DNA from: an uncultured Acidobacteriota bacterium
GTDB taxonomy: Bacteria; Acidobacteriota; Polarisedimenticolia; J045
Assembly (NCBI GenBank): GCA_963702425.1
Contig: CAVPCQ010000031.1
Span: forward strand, 1 to 63,432
Direction: 5' to 3'
DNA length: 63,432 nt
A program made the translations under genes and the position numbers. Under the pieces are notes generated by a model. It was not told the origin of the DNA, searched no databases, and saw only the letters and a program-made list of their open reading frames with translations. Shown piece after piece: positions 41,416-51,220 of the stretch; the stretch's first letter is position 1; every line of letters begins with the position of its first letter.

Positions 41416-41744
41416 TGCTCCCGGCGCTCGCTGTGGGGGGCGTCTACCGCGCCGAGGTCGTGCGGCTGATGGCCGACGGCCGGGCCCGGATACGCGTCGG
41501 TGGGCGCGAGGTGCAAGCCCACGCGCGGACCGCACTGGTCGAGGGCGAGACGGTGTGGGTCGAGGTGGAGCGGCTTCAACCGGAGGTGGTGCTGCGGATC
41601 CGGGCCCGGCAAGGAGCGACCGTCGGGCGGCAGGAATTGCCGCGCCCGGAGGAAGCGGCGGAGGGAGCGCGAAGCGGGGCAGTCGCCGCCGAGCGGAACG
41701 GAACTTGCAGCAACGGTGCGACCAGGCGGACCGCGGAGCGCTGA
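41415..41744 (+). CDS. Hypothetical small beta-rich protein
   Basis: TGATG coupling; VYRAEVV...GRARIRVGG...GETVWVEV pattern; 3' part overlaps the flgF promoter. Confidence 0.55.
   Translation: MLPALAVGGVYRAEVVRLMADGRARIRVGGREVQAHARTALVEGETVWVEVERLQPEVVLRIRARQGATVGRQELPRPEEAAEGARSGAVAAERNGTCSNGATRRTAER
41694..41709 (+). promoter_or_regulatory. sigma54 promoter (flgF operon)
   Basis: CGGAACGGAACTTGCA; GG-N10-GC; palindrome GCGGCAGGAATTGCCGC ~60 bp upstream. Confidence 0.7.
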
Positions 41745-41775
41745 CCGCGGATCGACCGAGGACGGAGGTGACCGG

Positions 41776-42516
41776 ATGTACCCGCTGCTCTACACGGGTG
41801 CCTCGGGGCTGGTGGCGGGGGAGAAGAACCTCGACACCATCTCCAACAACCTGGCGAACGCCGGCACGACGGCCTACCGGCCGGAGCGGGCGCTCTTCGC
41901 CTCCTACCTCGACCGCGCGGTCGTCGCCGGGACCCCCGGTGGCAACCCCGCCGGCCCCCGGGGCGTGGCTTTCGCCGGGGCCTGGCGCGACGACACCCCC
42001 GGCCCGCTGCGCGAGACCGGGAACCTCTTCGATGTCGCGATCGCCGGCCGCGGCTGGTTCCGCGTCGAGACCCCCGCCGGCGAGCGGCTGACCCGGGCCG
42101 GCAACTTCCAGCGCGACGCGAAGGACCGCCTCGTCACCGCCGAGGGGTTCCCCGTGCTCGACGACAAGGGGAAGCCGATCACCATCGGCGCCGAGGGCGA
42201 GGTCGCCCTCGTGCCCGACGGGACCTTGACGGTCGACGGCGAAGCGGTGGCGCGGATCGGGGTGGTCGACGCCCGCCTGGCCGACCTCTCCCGCGAGGGC
42301 GGGAACCTCTGGAAGGCTCAGGGGACCCCCACGCCGATTCCGGCCGAGGAGACCGTGCTCCGGCAGGGCTTCCTCGAGCAGTCGGGCGTCGTCGCCGTCG
42401 AGCAACTGGTCGCGATGATCGCCACCCAGCGAATGTTCGAGATGAACCAGAAGGTGGTCGACGTGGCCGCCAACACGATCGCGCGCCGGGCCCTCGAACT
42501 GGCCGGCGTGCGCTGA
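41776..42516 (+). CDS. flgF: Flagellar rod protein FlgF
   Basis: ISNNLANAGT, TGNLFDVAI.GRGWF, LTRAGNF, QGFLEQS. Confidence 0.9.
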   Translation: MYPLLYTGASGLVAGEKNLDTISNNLANAGTTAYRPERALFASYLDRAVVAGTPGGNPAGPRGVAFAGAWRDDTPGPLRETGNLFDVAIAGRGWFRVETPAGERLTRAGNFQRDAKDRLVTAEGFPVLDDKGKPITIGAEGEVALVPDGTLTVDGEAVARIGVVDARLADLSREGGNLWKAQGTPTPIPAEETVLRQGFLEQSGVVAVEQLVAMIATQRMFEMNQKVVDVAANTIARRALELAGVR

Positions 42517-42530
42517 CAGGAGGCTCGCCG

Positions 42531-43316
42531 ATGGAACGCTCGCTCTGGACCGCCGCGACCGGCATGGCCGCGCAGCAGGTCAACATGGACACGATCGCCA
42601 ACAACCTGGCGAACCTGAGCACGAACGGTTTCAAGCGCAGCCGGCCGGTCTTCGTCGACCTGCTCTACCAGACGCTCAACGCGCCCGGGACCGCCTCGAG
42701 CTCGAGCACCAACCTCCCCTCCGGCGTCCAGCTCGGCCTCGGCGCGCGGACGTCGTCGGTGCAGAAGATGTTCGAGCAGGGGGAGTTCAAGCCGACCGAG
42801 AACCCGCTCGACATCATCATCGCCGGGCGAGGCTTCCTGAAGTTCACCCAGCCCGACGGGACGGAGGTCTACTCCCGCGACGGCGCGCTGACGCTCGACG
42901 AGAACGGCAACCTCGTCAACTCGATGGGCTACCCGATGAACCCGCCGATGGTCATCCCGCAGGACGCGAACTCGATCACGATCGCGCCCGACGGGACCGT
43001 CTCGGTCCAGCTCTCGGACAACACGGTGACCCAGCTCGGCAACATCGAGATCGCCAACTTCATCAACCCCGGCGGGCTTCAGACGCTGGGCGACAACCTG
43101 TTCGTCAACACCGTCGCCAGCGGCGACGCGATCAGCGGGACGCCCGGCCAGGACGGCCTGGGCGAGCTACGGCAGGGGTTCCTCGAGACCTCGAACGTCA
43201 ACATCGTCGGCGAGCTGGTCGACATGATCACGGCCCAGCGGGCGTACGAGCTGAACTCGCGCTCGATCCGCTCGGTCGACGACATGCTGCGCCTGCTCGG
43301 CCAGCTGGTCCGTTAG
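42531..43316 (+). CDS. flgG: Distal rod protein FlgG
   Basis: SLWTAATGMAAQQ, IANNLAN, DLLYQ, LETSNVNIVGELVDMITAQRAYELNS. Confidence 0.97.
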   Translation: MERSLWTAATGMAAQQVNMDTIANNLANLSTNGFKRSRPVFVDLLYQTLNAPGTASSSSTNLPSGVQLGLGARTSSVQKMFEQGEFKPTENPLDIIIAGRGFLKFTQPDGTEVYSRDGALTLDENGNLVNSMGYPMNPPMVIPQDANSITIAPDGTVSVQLSDNTVTQLGNIEIANFINPGGLQTLGDNLFVNTVASGDAISGTPGQDGLGELRQGFLETSNVNIVGELVDMITAQRAYELNSRSIRSVDDMLRLLGQLVR

Positions 43317-43325
43317 GCACCGGCG

Positions 43326-44090
43326 ATGACCGCCGCCGTGCTCGCGCTCGCCGTCGCGCTGCTCGCCGCGCTGGGGAACCCCCCGGCCGAGGCCGCGACG
43401 GCGGAGCCGCGGCTCGAGGCGGCGGTCCGTGCGCTGGTCACTGCGCGCTTCCCCGACGGCTCGGCCGAGATCGTCTCGATGCGCAGCGTGGCGGATCCGG
43501 GGGAGATCCCGCTGGCGGCGTCGATCGAGGCCCAGGAGCCAGTCAACGGGCTCGCCGCAGGGACGTCCCTGCTGTCGCTTCGGATCCAGGATCGGCCGGA
43601 GGCGGCGGTGCGGTTCGTGCCGATGGCCGTGACGCTGCGCCTCTACGGGCCGGTGGTCGTCGCGGCCAGGGACCTGTTGCGCGGCGAGCTGGTCGACGCC
43701 GCGGCGCTGACGATCGAGCGGCGCCTGCTCAAGCGCGGCGACCGGGTGCTGAACGACCCGCAGCCGGCGCTCGGGCTGGCGGCGAAGGGAACGATCCGGA
43801 AGGGCGACGTCGTGCGCCTGGGCGCGCTCACCCGCCCGGCGGCCGTCGAGCCCGGCCAGACCGTGGTGCTGCAGATCGAGCAGGGCGGGGTCGCGCTGGC
43901 GATGGAGACGACGGCGCGCGGGCGCGGCGAGGTGGGGCAGGTGGTGCTGGTCGAGGGAATGGACCGCAAGCCGATCCGCGCGCGCATCGTCGCGCCGGGG
44001 CGGGTCGAGGTCTGGAAGGCCGCGCGGACCGCGCCCGACGCCGAGCCGGCGCCTGTCGGGCCGGCCGCTGGAAAGAAGGAGGCATCGTGA
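43326..44090 (+). CDS. flgA: P-ring chaperone FlgA
   Basis: Signal peptide; SAF domain VVVAARDLLRGE; position between flgG and flgH. Confidence 0.85.
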   Translation: MTAAVLALAVALLAALGNPPAEAATAEPRLEAAVRALVTARFPDGSAEIVSMRSVADPGEIPLAASIEAQEPVNGLAAGTSLLSLRIQDRPEAAVRFVPMAVTLRLYGPVVVAARDLLRGELVDAAALTIERRLLKRGDRVLNDPQPALGLAAKGTIRKGDVVRLGALTRPAAVEPGQTVVLQIEQGGVALAMETTARGRGEVGQVVLVEGMDRKPIRARIVAPGRVEVWKAARTAPDAEPAPVGPAAGKKEAS

Positions 44091-44793
44091 ACGCTCATCG
44101 GCCCGCGGTCCCGGCCGCGCCGCTCCTGCTGCTGCTCGCCGCCGTCGCGGCGCTGTTCGGCTGCGCTTCGACGCCGTTCATGCCCCCCTCGGTCTACGAG
44201 CAACCGATGCCGACGCTCGAGCAGGTGCCGCCGGCGGGACCGGTCTCGCCCGGCTCGCTCTTCACCGACACCAACGCGGCCGACCTGGCCGGCGACTTCC
44301 GGGCGCGCCACACCGGCGACGTGCTGATCGTGAAGGTCCGCGAGAACTCGCTCGGCAAAGTCCGCGTCCGACAAGAAGCTCGACCGGCAGTCGGCGAGCA
44401 CGCTCGACGCGCCGGTCGTCTTCGGCTGGCAGGACAGCGTCAACTTCGCGCGTCGACCCGGCGCTCCAGACCAGCACCGACCTGCAGTTCAACGGCAAGG
44501 GCGAGACGACGCGCGAGTCCGAGCTGACCGCGACGATCGCGGTCCGCGTGATGGCGGTCGGCAGCGGCGGCCGGATGCTCGTGGTCGGCCAGAAGGACGT
44601 CAAGGTCAACCAGGAGCGCCAGCGCCTGACGCTGGCGGGGATCGTCCGGCCCGAGGACATCGCCCGCACCAACGTGATCGACTCCTCGCGGATCGCCGAC
44701 CTGACGATCACGTACGGCGGGTTCGGCGACATCAACGACACGACGCGCCAGCCCTGGTTCCAGCGGCTGCTGGCCGTGCTCTGGCCGTTCTGA
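44087..44793 (+). CDS. flgH: L-ring lipoprotein FlgH, frameshifted near 44358 and 44450
   Basis: Lipobox LFGC; PGSLF...D.RARHTGDVLIV; FNGKGETTRE; LAGIVRPEDI..TNVIDSSRIAD; split over three frames. Confidence 0.88.
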
Positions 44794-44807
44794 GCCGGGG
44801 AGGCGGG

Positions 44808-46013
44808 ATGTCACTGGCACGCATCGTGAGGTTTTCGGCCGCGGCGCTGCTCGCGGCCGCAGTCCTGCCCGTTTCGGCCGCACAGACCCCGGAACTCCCG
44901 GCCGCCGCTCCGGCACCGGCCTCGGCGCCGGTCCCGGCGCCGTCCCCGGCGCCCGTCCCCGCCTCGCGGACGATGGTTCCGCTGCGCGAAGTGGTCGAGG
45001 TGCAGGGAGTGCGCGACAACCAGCTCGTCGGCTACGGGCTGGTGGTCGGGCTCAACAACACCGGCGACGGGACGCAGGCCCGCTTCACCGTGCAGAGCAT
45101 CGCCAACGCGCTGCAGCGGATGGGGATCGTGATCGACCCGATCGCCATCCGCGTGCGCAACGTGGCGGCGGTGATGGTGACCGGAACGCTGCCGGGCTTC
45201 GCGCAGCCCGGGACGCGGATCGACATCAACGTCGCCTCGCTCGGCGACGCCAAGTCGCTCGCCGGCGGCGTGCTGCTGATGACGCCGCTCAAGGCGGCCG
45301 ACGGCCTGATCTACGCGGTCGGGCAGGGGCCGCTCACGGTCGGCGGCGCGTTCAGCGCCGGCGGCGGCGGCAACACGGTCGTGAAGAACCACCCGACCGC
45401 CGGGGCGATCCCGGGCGGGGCGCTCGTCGAGCGGTCGGCCGGGGTGGACCTCTCGCAGGAAGCGGTGCTCACGCTACAGGTCAAGACCCCCTCCTTCGGG
45501 GTCGCGCAGCGCGTTCAGCGCGCGCTGGAGACGGCGTTCGGGCCGGGCAGCGCGCGTGCCGTCGACTCCGGCACGGTCCGCGCCGCGATCCCGGCCTCGA
45601 TGAAGGGTGACCCGGTCGAGTACCTGGCGCGGGCGATGGAGCTTCCGGTCGAGCCGGACATCCCGGCGCGGGTCGTGATGAACGAGCGCTCGGGGACCGT
45701 CGTCCTCGGTGGCGACATCAAGATCTCGCGCGTCGCGGTCAGCCACGGCGATCTCACCGTCTCGGTCTCCACGCGCTACGAGGTCAGCCAGCCCGCCCCG
45801 TTCTCTTACAAGGGCGACACCAAGGTCGTTCCCCAGACCGACGTCGTCGCCGAGGAAGGGGATGCGAAGGGACTGGTGCTGGGCGAGGGGGCGAGCGTGG
45901 ACGACCTCGTCGCCGCGCTGCGCCGGATCGGCGCCACGCCGCGCGACATGATCGCGATCCTCGAGGCGATGCACGCCGCCGGGGCGCTGCACGCCGAACT
46001 GGTGGTGATCTGA
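44808..46013 (+). CDS. flgI: P-ring protein FlgI
   Basis: GVRDNQLVGYGLVVGL..TGD, NVAAVMVT, SLGDAKSL.GG, AGALHAEL. Confidence 0.97.
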   Translation: MSLARIVRFSAAALLAAAVLPVSAAQTPELPAAAPAPASAPVPAPSPAPVPASRTMVPLREVVEVQGVRDNQLVGYGLVVGLNNTGDGTQARFTVQSIANALQRMGIVIDPIAIRVRNVAAVMVTGTLPGFAQPGTRIDINVASLGDAKSLAGGVLLMTPLKAADGLIYAVGQGPLTVGGAFSAGGGGNTVVKNHPTAGAIPGGALVERSAGVDLSQEAVLTLQVKTPSFGVAQRVQRALETAFGPGSARAVDSGTVRAAIPASMKGDPVEYLARAMELPVEPDIPARVVMNERSGTVVLGGDIKISRVAVSHGDLTVSVSTRYEVSQPAPFSYKGDTKVVPQTDVVAEEGDAKGLVLGEGASVDDLVAALRRIGATPRDMIAILEAMHAAGALHAELVVI

Positions 46014-46426
46014 TGCTGACCCGCGCTGTCGGTGCGGCGGGCGCCGAGAAGGCGGCCGACGGCGCCGCCGAGACCCAGGCGATCCGCAAGGCGGCCCGCG
46101 GCTTCGAAGCGATGCTGCTGCGCGAGCTGATGTCGGCGATGGAGAAGGCCCAGCTCGAGGAGGGGGGGTTCTTCGGGGCCTCGTCCGGCTTCGCCGCCCA
46201 CCAGACGACGATGGAGCTCTACCTGACCGAGGCCCTGGCCGAGCGGGAGCCGCTGGGCCTGGCCGACGACATCGCCCGGCAGCTCTCCCGTACGGATTCG
46301 TTCGATCTTTCCCGCGGCGGGGCTCAAGTCTCGGCGGCCGCGGCCGAAAAGACACTTGGAGCGGCGTGTATCGCGGGCCTCGCCCTCGGTAAGACGCCTG
46401 AGGATGGACGCCATGAAGATCCATAA
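46013..46426 (+). CDS. flgJ: Short rod-binding FlgJ (no muramidase domain); 3' end uncertain
   Basis: IRKAARGFEAMLLRELMSAM...LGLADDIARQL. Confidence 0.75.
   Translation: MLTRAVGAAGAEKAADGAAETQAIRKAARGFEAMLLRELMSAMEKAQLEEGGFFGASSGFAAHQTTMELYLTEALAEREPLGLADDIARQLSRTDSFDLSRGGAQVSAAAAEKTLGAACIAGLALGKTPEDGRHEDP
46324..46350 (+). promoter_or_regulatory. sigma28 promoter (flgM)
   Basis: TCAA-N15-GCCGAAAA. Confidence 0.75.
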
Positions 46427-46779
46427 CGAGAACCCGGTCAACAGGTTGCAGGGACTCCTCGACCGCCTCGACGAGACCGAGCGGGGTGAGCGGACCGGCC
46501 GGACCGGCGAGACGGGGGGCTCCCGCGGGGCCGGCGAGACCACCGGGTCCGGGCGGGGACGGCTTCGAGGTCTCCAACCGGGCGCGGGAGATCGCCGGGC
46601 TGCGGGGGACGATCGAGGGGCTGCCCGACGTGCGCGAGCGGCTCGTCGAGCGTCTGCGGGAGGAGATCGCCAGCGGCCTCTACCGCGCCGACGGCCGGCG
46701 GATCGCCGACGCGATGCTCGACGAGGAGCGCGCCTTCGCGGACCGCGTGGGCCGGACCGGATCGCCTCGTGAGAACTGA
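46413..46779 (+). CDS. flgM: Anti-sigma28 FlgM, frameshift near 46555
   Basis: MKI start; C-terminal PDVRERLVERLREEIASGLY.ADGRRIADAML in a second frame. Confidence 0.85.
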
Positions 46780-47215
46780 GCCGGCCATCCGGCCGGCCTC
46801 GGCGCTCGCCGGGGTCCTCGAGGCCGAAGCGGAGCTCTTCGCCGAGCTGGCGGAGATGTCGGTCGAGCAGCGCCACGCGCTGCTCGCCGCCGACAGCGCC
46901 CGACTGGGCGAGCTGGCCGCGCTGGCCGAGACCCTCGCGCTGCGCTTCACGCTGCTCGATCGCGAGCGGCAGCGGCTGGAGGCCGACGCGGCCGGCTCCG
47001 GTCCGGCGGTCGAGCGCGCGCGCGCCGGCGCGCTCTCCGCGTTCCAACGCATGCTGCGCGAGACCGCCGTGTCGGGGATGGTGCTGGAGCGCTGGGGCGA
47101 CACTTTCGCCGCGCGCCAGGCGGCGGTGAGCTCGATCGTCGCCTCGACCTACCTCCCGGACGGACGCGCCCCCGGCATGCCCGCGTCCGGTGCCCGGCTG
47201 TCGACGGAGGGCTGA
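46769..47215 (+). CDS. flgN: FlgN-like export chaperone
   Basis: All-helical, between flgM and flgK, C-terminal TY..DG motif. Confidence 0.7.
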   Translation: MRTEPAIRPASALAGVLEAEAELFAELAEMSVEQRHALLAADSARLGELAALAETLALRFTLLDRERQRLEADAAGSGPAVERARAGALSAFQRMLRETAVSGMVLERWGDTFAARQAAVSSIVASTYLPDGRAPGMPASGARLSTEG

Positions 47216-47217
47216 CG

Positions 47218-48621
47218 ATGAGCGGCTTCTCGCACTTCGCGATCGGCCTGTCCGCGCTGCGGGCGGCCCGGCTGGGGATCAACGTCGCCGGGCTCAACGT
47301 CGCCAACGCGAACACGCCAGGCTTCTCGCGCCGCCGGATCGAGCTGCAGATGGGGCCGATCCTGGACGTTCCCGGCGGCCAGAGCTCGATCGGCGTGGAC
47401 ATCGCGAGCCTGCACCGGGTGCGTGACGTCTTCCGCGACTTCGGCACCCGGCAGGAGATGAGCCGGCTCGGCAACGACCAGGGCCGCACCGAGATCCTGT
47501 CCGCACTGGAGCCGATGCTGGGCGAGGTCGACAGCGCGCCGCTGCGCCTGTCGATCTCCAACCTGTTCGACGCGATCGACCGGCTCGCGGCGCAGCCCGA
47601 CGACGTCGCGCTGCGCGGCGACGTGATCTCCGCGGCGAAGGAAGTCGCGGCGTCGATGCACCGCACCGACAACTACGTGGTGGAGTCGCAGCGGACGGCG
47701 GACCTCAAGGTCCGCGAGACCGCCGGCCGCGCCAACGAGATCCTCGGCCGGCTGGAGGCGATCAACCGTCAGGTCGTCGCCCAGGAAGCGGACGGCGACG
47801 AGGGCTCCGACCTGCGCGACGAGCGCGACCTGCTGGTCGACGAGCTGTCGCAGCTGGTCGGCGTGCGCACGGTCGAGTCGCCGAACGGTCAGCTCTCGGT
47901 CTTTCTCGAGTCGTCGGGCGACACGCTGCTGAGCGGCGTCAGCGCGCGCCCCTTCACCTTCGCCTACAACGTGGATGGCCTGGCGCACGTCACGGTCAGC
48001 CGCGCCGGCGAGAAGATCGACCTCTCGACCCTCGGCGCGGGGGGCAAGCTGGGCGGCTACGTCGCCGTGCGCGACCAGGACCTGGCGGGCTACCGCGACC
48101 GGCTGGACACGCTGGCGGCGGCGCTGATCGACCGCTTCAACACCGTCCACTCCGCCGGCTATGGGCTCGACGGCTCGACCGGCCAGAACTTCTTCGCCGC
48201 GACCACGCCCGGCACGCGCGCCGCCCAGACGATGGCGGTCGACGCGGCGCTGGCGGCCGACCCGCGCCGGCTCGCCGCCGCGTCGGCTGCAGGCGAGCCC
48301 GGCAACAACGTCAACATCCTCGCGCTGCTCGACCTGCGCGAGGCCGACGTCGACGCGCTCGAGGGCCGCACCCTGATCGAGTACACCGCGGACCTGATCT
48401 CGGAGGTCGGCCGCGACACGCTGCTGTCGTCGGCGTCCGAAGAGGCGAGCCGCACGATCGTCGACGCGCTCGTCTCGCAGCGGCAGCAGATCTCGGGCGT
48501 CGACCTCGACGAAGAGGCTGCCGACCTGATGAAGTGGCAGCGGGCCTATGAGGCGGCGGCACGGTTCATGCAGACCGCCGACAAGCTGACGCAACTCGCG
48601 ATCGAGATGTTCGGAGGCTGA
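47218..48621 (+). CDS. flgK: Hook-associated protein 1
   Basis: NVANANTPGFSRRR, DLRDERDLLVDELS, SGVDLDEEAADLMKWQRAYEAAAR. Confidence 0.96.
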   Translation: MSGFSHFAIGLSALRAARLGINVAGLNVANANTPGFSRRRIELQMGPILDVPGGQSSIGVDIASLHRVRDVFRDFGTRQEMSRLGNDQGRTEILSALEPMLGEVDSAPLRLSISNLFDAIDRLAAQPDDVALRGDVISAAKEVAASMHRTDNYVVESQRTADLKVRETAGRANEILGRLEAINRQVVAQEADGDEGSDLRDERDLLVDELSQLVGVRTVESPNGQLSVFLESSGDTLLSGVSARPFTFAYNVDGLAHVTVSRAGEKIDLSTLGAGGKLGGYVAVRDQDLAGYRDRLDTLAAALIDRFNTVHSAGYGLDGSTGQNFFAATTPGTRAAQTMAVDAALAADPRRLAAASAAGEPGNNVNILALLDLREADVDALEGRTLIEYTADLISEVGRDTLLSSASEEASRTIVDALVSQRQQISGVDLDEEAADLMKWQRAYEAAARFMQTADKLTQLAIEMFGG

Positions 48622-48626
48622 CGGCG

Positions 48627-49535
48627 ATGCGCGTGAGCCAGGCGTACACCCAGGACATCTTCCTGCGCAACCTGCGCAAGGTGAAGGCGCAGCTCGACGA
48701 GGCGCTGGCGCGCTCGTCGTCCGGCAAGCGCGTGCGCTTCGCGTCCGACGACCCGGCGGCGGCCGGCGAGCTGCTGCGCCTGGCCGACGAGGCCCAGAAA
48801 CTCACGGCGCGGCAGCACGGACTGTCGCAGGCCCGGCCGTGGCTGCAGCTCACCGAACAGGCCGTCAGCGAGCTGTCCACCGTGCTGATCTCGGCGCAGC
48901 AGACGGCGATCCAGGGCGCGTCCGAAACGATGCAGCCGGATCAGATGAAGGCCCTCGCCGAGGCGATCCGCGGGCTCCGGCAGCAGGTCTCCGGCCTGAC
49001 CGAACTGCGCGTCTCCGGGCGGTTCATCTTCTCCGGGACCCAGACCACGACCAATCCCTACGACGCGGCTGGCGTCTACCAGGGCAACGACCGGCGGATC
49101 GAGGTCCCGATCGACGACGTGACGGTCGCGATCAGCCTCCCGGCGGACGAAGTGTTCGGCGAGATCACGAACCCGGGGGACGCGACCACCCCGCCGGCCG
49201 GCGCCGGCGCGATGGGGATGCTCGCGCAGCTGGAGTGGGCGCTGGACCACGGCGACCAGGCGATGGTGCAGTCGCTGCTGGACCCGCTGCGCGGCGTGAT
49301 CACCGACAACTCGGCGATGCTCGCGCACATCGGCACGCAGCGGAAGATTCTCGAAGACGGCGATCTCCGGCTGGCCGACCGCCGGCTGGCGGTCGAGTCG
49401 CGCGCCGCGGACCTCGGTGCCGCCGACATGGCCGAAGCGCTGTCGGACGTGGCGATGTTCCAGACCAACTACAGCGTCACGCTGCAGGCCGGAGCCCAGC
49501 TCTACGGCCCGAACTTCTTCGACTACCTGGGATGA
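48627..49535 (+). CDS. flgL: Hook-associated protein 3
   Basis: SSGKRV..ASDDP, GRFIFSG, YQGN, NFFDYL. Confidence 0.93.
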   Translation: MRVSQAYTQDIFLRNLRKVKAQLDEALARSSSGKRVRFASDDPAAAGELLRLADEAQKLTARQHGLSQARPWLQLTEQAVSELSTVLISAQQTAIQGASETMQPDQMKALAEAIRGLRQQVSGLTELRVSGRFIFSGTQTTTNPYDAAGVYQGNDRRIEVPIDDVTVAISLPADEVFGEITNPGDATTPPAGAGAMGMLAQLEWALDHGDQAMVQSLLDPLRGVITDNSAMLAHIGTQRKILEDGDLRLADRRLAVESRAADLGAADMAEALSDVAMFQTNYSVTLQAGAQLYGPNFFDYLG

Positions 49536-49542
49536 GACGCCC

Positions 49543-50034
49543 TTGAGCCACGCCGTCGCCGACCGCGAGTGCCAGTCCGCGCTGCAGAGGAGCGCGCCCT
49601 CGGTCCTCTACTTCGCCCAGGGGCTGCCCGGCTTCGACGAGCTGCGCCGCTGGGAGCTGCTCGAGCACGCGGAGGCCCGGCCGTTCCTGTGGCTGCGCGC
49701 CGTCGAGCGGCCGCAGGTCGCGCTGCTGGTCGTCGACCCGCGCGAGATCGTCGTCGGGTACCGGCCGGCGATCGCGGCGGGCGTCTGGTCGCGGCTCGGC
49801 GACGGGAGCGAAGCGCGCAGTCTGACGTTCGTCGTCGTCAGCCTGGCGGGATCGGAGGCGAGCGCGAACCTGCGCGCACCGCTCGTGATCGACCCGCAGA
49901 CGATGCGCGGCGAGCAGGTGATCCTGGAGGACGGCGAGTGGCCGGTGCACTTCGGCCTTGCGCCGCAGGAAGAGTGCGAGACGCAACCCGGGACAGGGAG
50001 GTCCCCCACATGCTCGTCCTCAGCCGCAAGATAG
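49543..50034 (+). CDS. fliW: FliW (CsrA antagonist); start uncertain
   Basis: F.QGLPGF, PFLWL, VVDP, ANLRAPLVI...GEQVIL. Confidence 0.9.
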   Translation: MSHAVADRECQSALQRSAPSVLYFAQGLPGFDELRRWELLEHAEARPFLWLRAVERPQVALLVVDPREIVVGYRPAIAAGVWSRLGDGSEARSLTFVVVSLAGSEASANLRAPLVIDPQTMRGEQVILEDGEWPVHFGLAPQEECETQPGTGRSPTCSSSAAR

Positions 50035-50276
50035 GGCAGTCGCTCCTCATCGGGAACGACATCCGGATCAAGGTCGTCGAGATCCGCGGCCAGCAGGTGC
50101 GGCTCGGGCTCGAAGCTCCGGACGACGTGCCCGTGATCCGCGAGGAGCTGCACCGCGAAGTGGCCGAGTCCAACGTCCGCTCCGCGGTGCGGGACGCCGG
50201 CGCGGTGGCCCAGCTGGCGGCCCGGCTGCGGCGCCAGGCGCCCAAGGCCGAGCCCCCGGACGGGGAGGTCCCGTGA
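50010..50276 (+). CDS. csrA: Carbon storage regulator CsrA (long, FliW-regulated type)
   Basis: MLVLSRKIGQSLLIGNDIRIKV...QVRLGLEAP...IREEL; C-terminal extension with EVAESN. Confidence 0.95.
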   Translation: MLVLSRKIGQSLLIGNDIRIKVVEIRGQQVRLGLEAPDDVPVIREELHREVAESNVRSAVRDAGAVAQLAARLRRQAPKAEPPDGEVP

Positions 50277-51103
50277 GGAGCGCGACGGGCGGAACCGTGG
50301 CGCATCGCTTCCCCGGCCAGCTGCCGACGATGCCGCGGGCGGCGCAGCGCGCGCTGGGCCTGCTGGCCGACCCCGAGGTGTCGAGCGAGCAGCTTCGCCA
50401 GGTCATCGAGACCGACCAGAGCCTGACCGCGGCGGTGCTGCGGCTGGCCAACTCGGCGCTGTTCGGGTTCATGCAGCCGATCGCGACCCTCTCGCACGCG
50501 ATCACGCTGATCGGGTTCATCCGGCTGCGCTCGCTGATCATGGCCTCGATCGTCGCCGGCATGCGCGACCGGATCCCGGCCGGCGCGGCGGCCGAGGCGG
50601 CGTTGATCTGGGAGCACTCGATCACCACCGCGCTCGGGGCGCGCCTGCTGGCCAAGCAGGTCGGGATGGCGCACGCCGAGGAGGTCTTCGTCGCCGGCCT
50701 GCTGCACGACTGCGGCCGGATGCTCCTCCTGACGCAGAGTACGCCGGCCTACCTCGAGCTGATCGAGGCCGCCGGAGGCCTGCTCCCGACGGCGTCCGAG
50801 GAGGAGGCCAAGCTCGGGACCTGTCACCAGCAGGTCGGCGCCGAGCTGCTCGAGTCGTGGAGCTTCGCCGCCCAGCTCGTCGAGGCCGCGTCCAGTCATC
50901 ACGGGCCGGATTTCGGCCGCGGACCGCACGCGGCGCTGGTCGCGCTGGTCGCGCTGGCCGAGCGCCTGCCCGACCCGCTGCGCCGCGAGGATCCCGCGCC
51001 CGTGCTGGCGGTCCTGGGCCTGCAGGACCGCGACCTGGCGGCCCTCGCGTCGGACCTCCGGGCGGGGATCTCCGAGGGGCTGGGCGCGCTCCGCGGCCTG
51101 TAG
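50273..51103 (+). CDS. HDOD domain protein
   Basis: LPTMP, DQSLTAAVLRLANSA, WEHS, AGLLHDCG, HQQVGAELLESW. Confidence 0.92.
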   Translation: MRSATGGTVAHRFPGQLPTMPRAAQRALGLLADPEVSSEQLRQVIETDQSLTAAVLRLANSALFGFMQPIATLSHAITLIGFIRLRSLIMASIVAGMRDRIPAGAAAEAALIWEHSITTALGARLLAKQVGMAHAEEVFVAGLLHDCGRMLLLTQSTPAYLELIEAAGGLLPTASEEEAKLGTCHQQVGAELLESWSFAAQLVEAASSHHGPDFGRGPHAALVALVALAERLPDPLRREDPAPVLAVLGLQDRDLAALASDLRAGISEGLGALRGL

Positions 51104-51155
51104 GCCGGGCCCGCTTCCCGTCCCGCCGCGCGCCGCCCCGGCGCGCGGCATCCCG

Positions 51156-51183
51156 TCAAGTCCGCGCCCATCCGGGCCGATAC
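51156..51183 (+). promoter_or_regulatory. sigma28 promoter (motAB-fliL)
   Basis: TCAAG-N15-GCCGATAC. Confidence 0.72.
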
Positions 51184-51220
51184 GACTCGCGGGGGCTCTT
51201 GTCCCCAGCGGGACCAGCGC

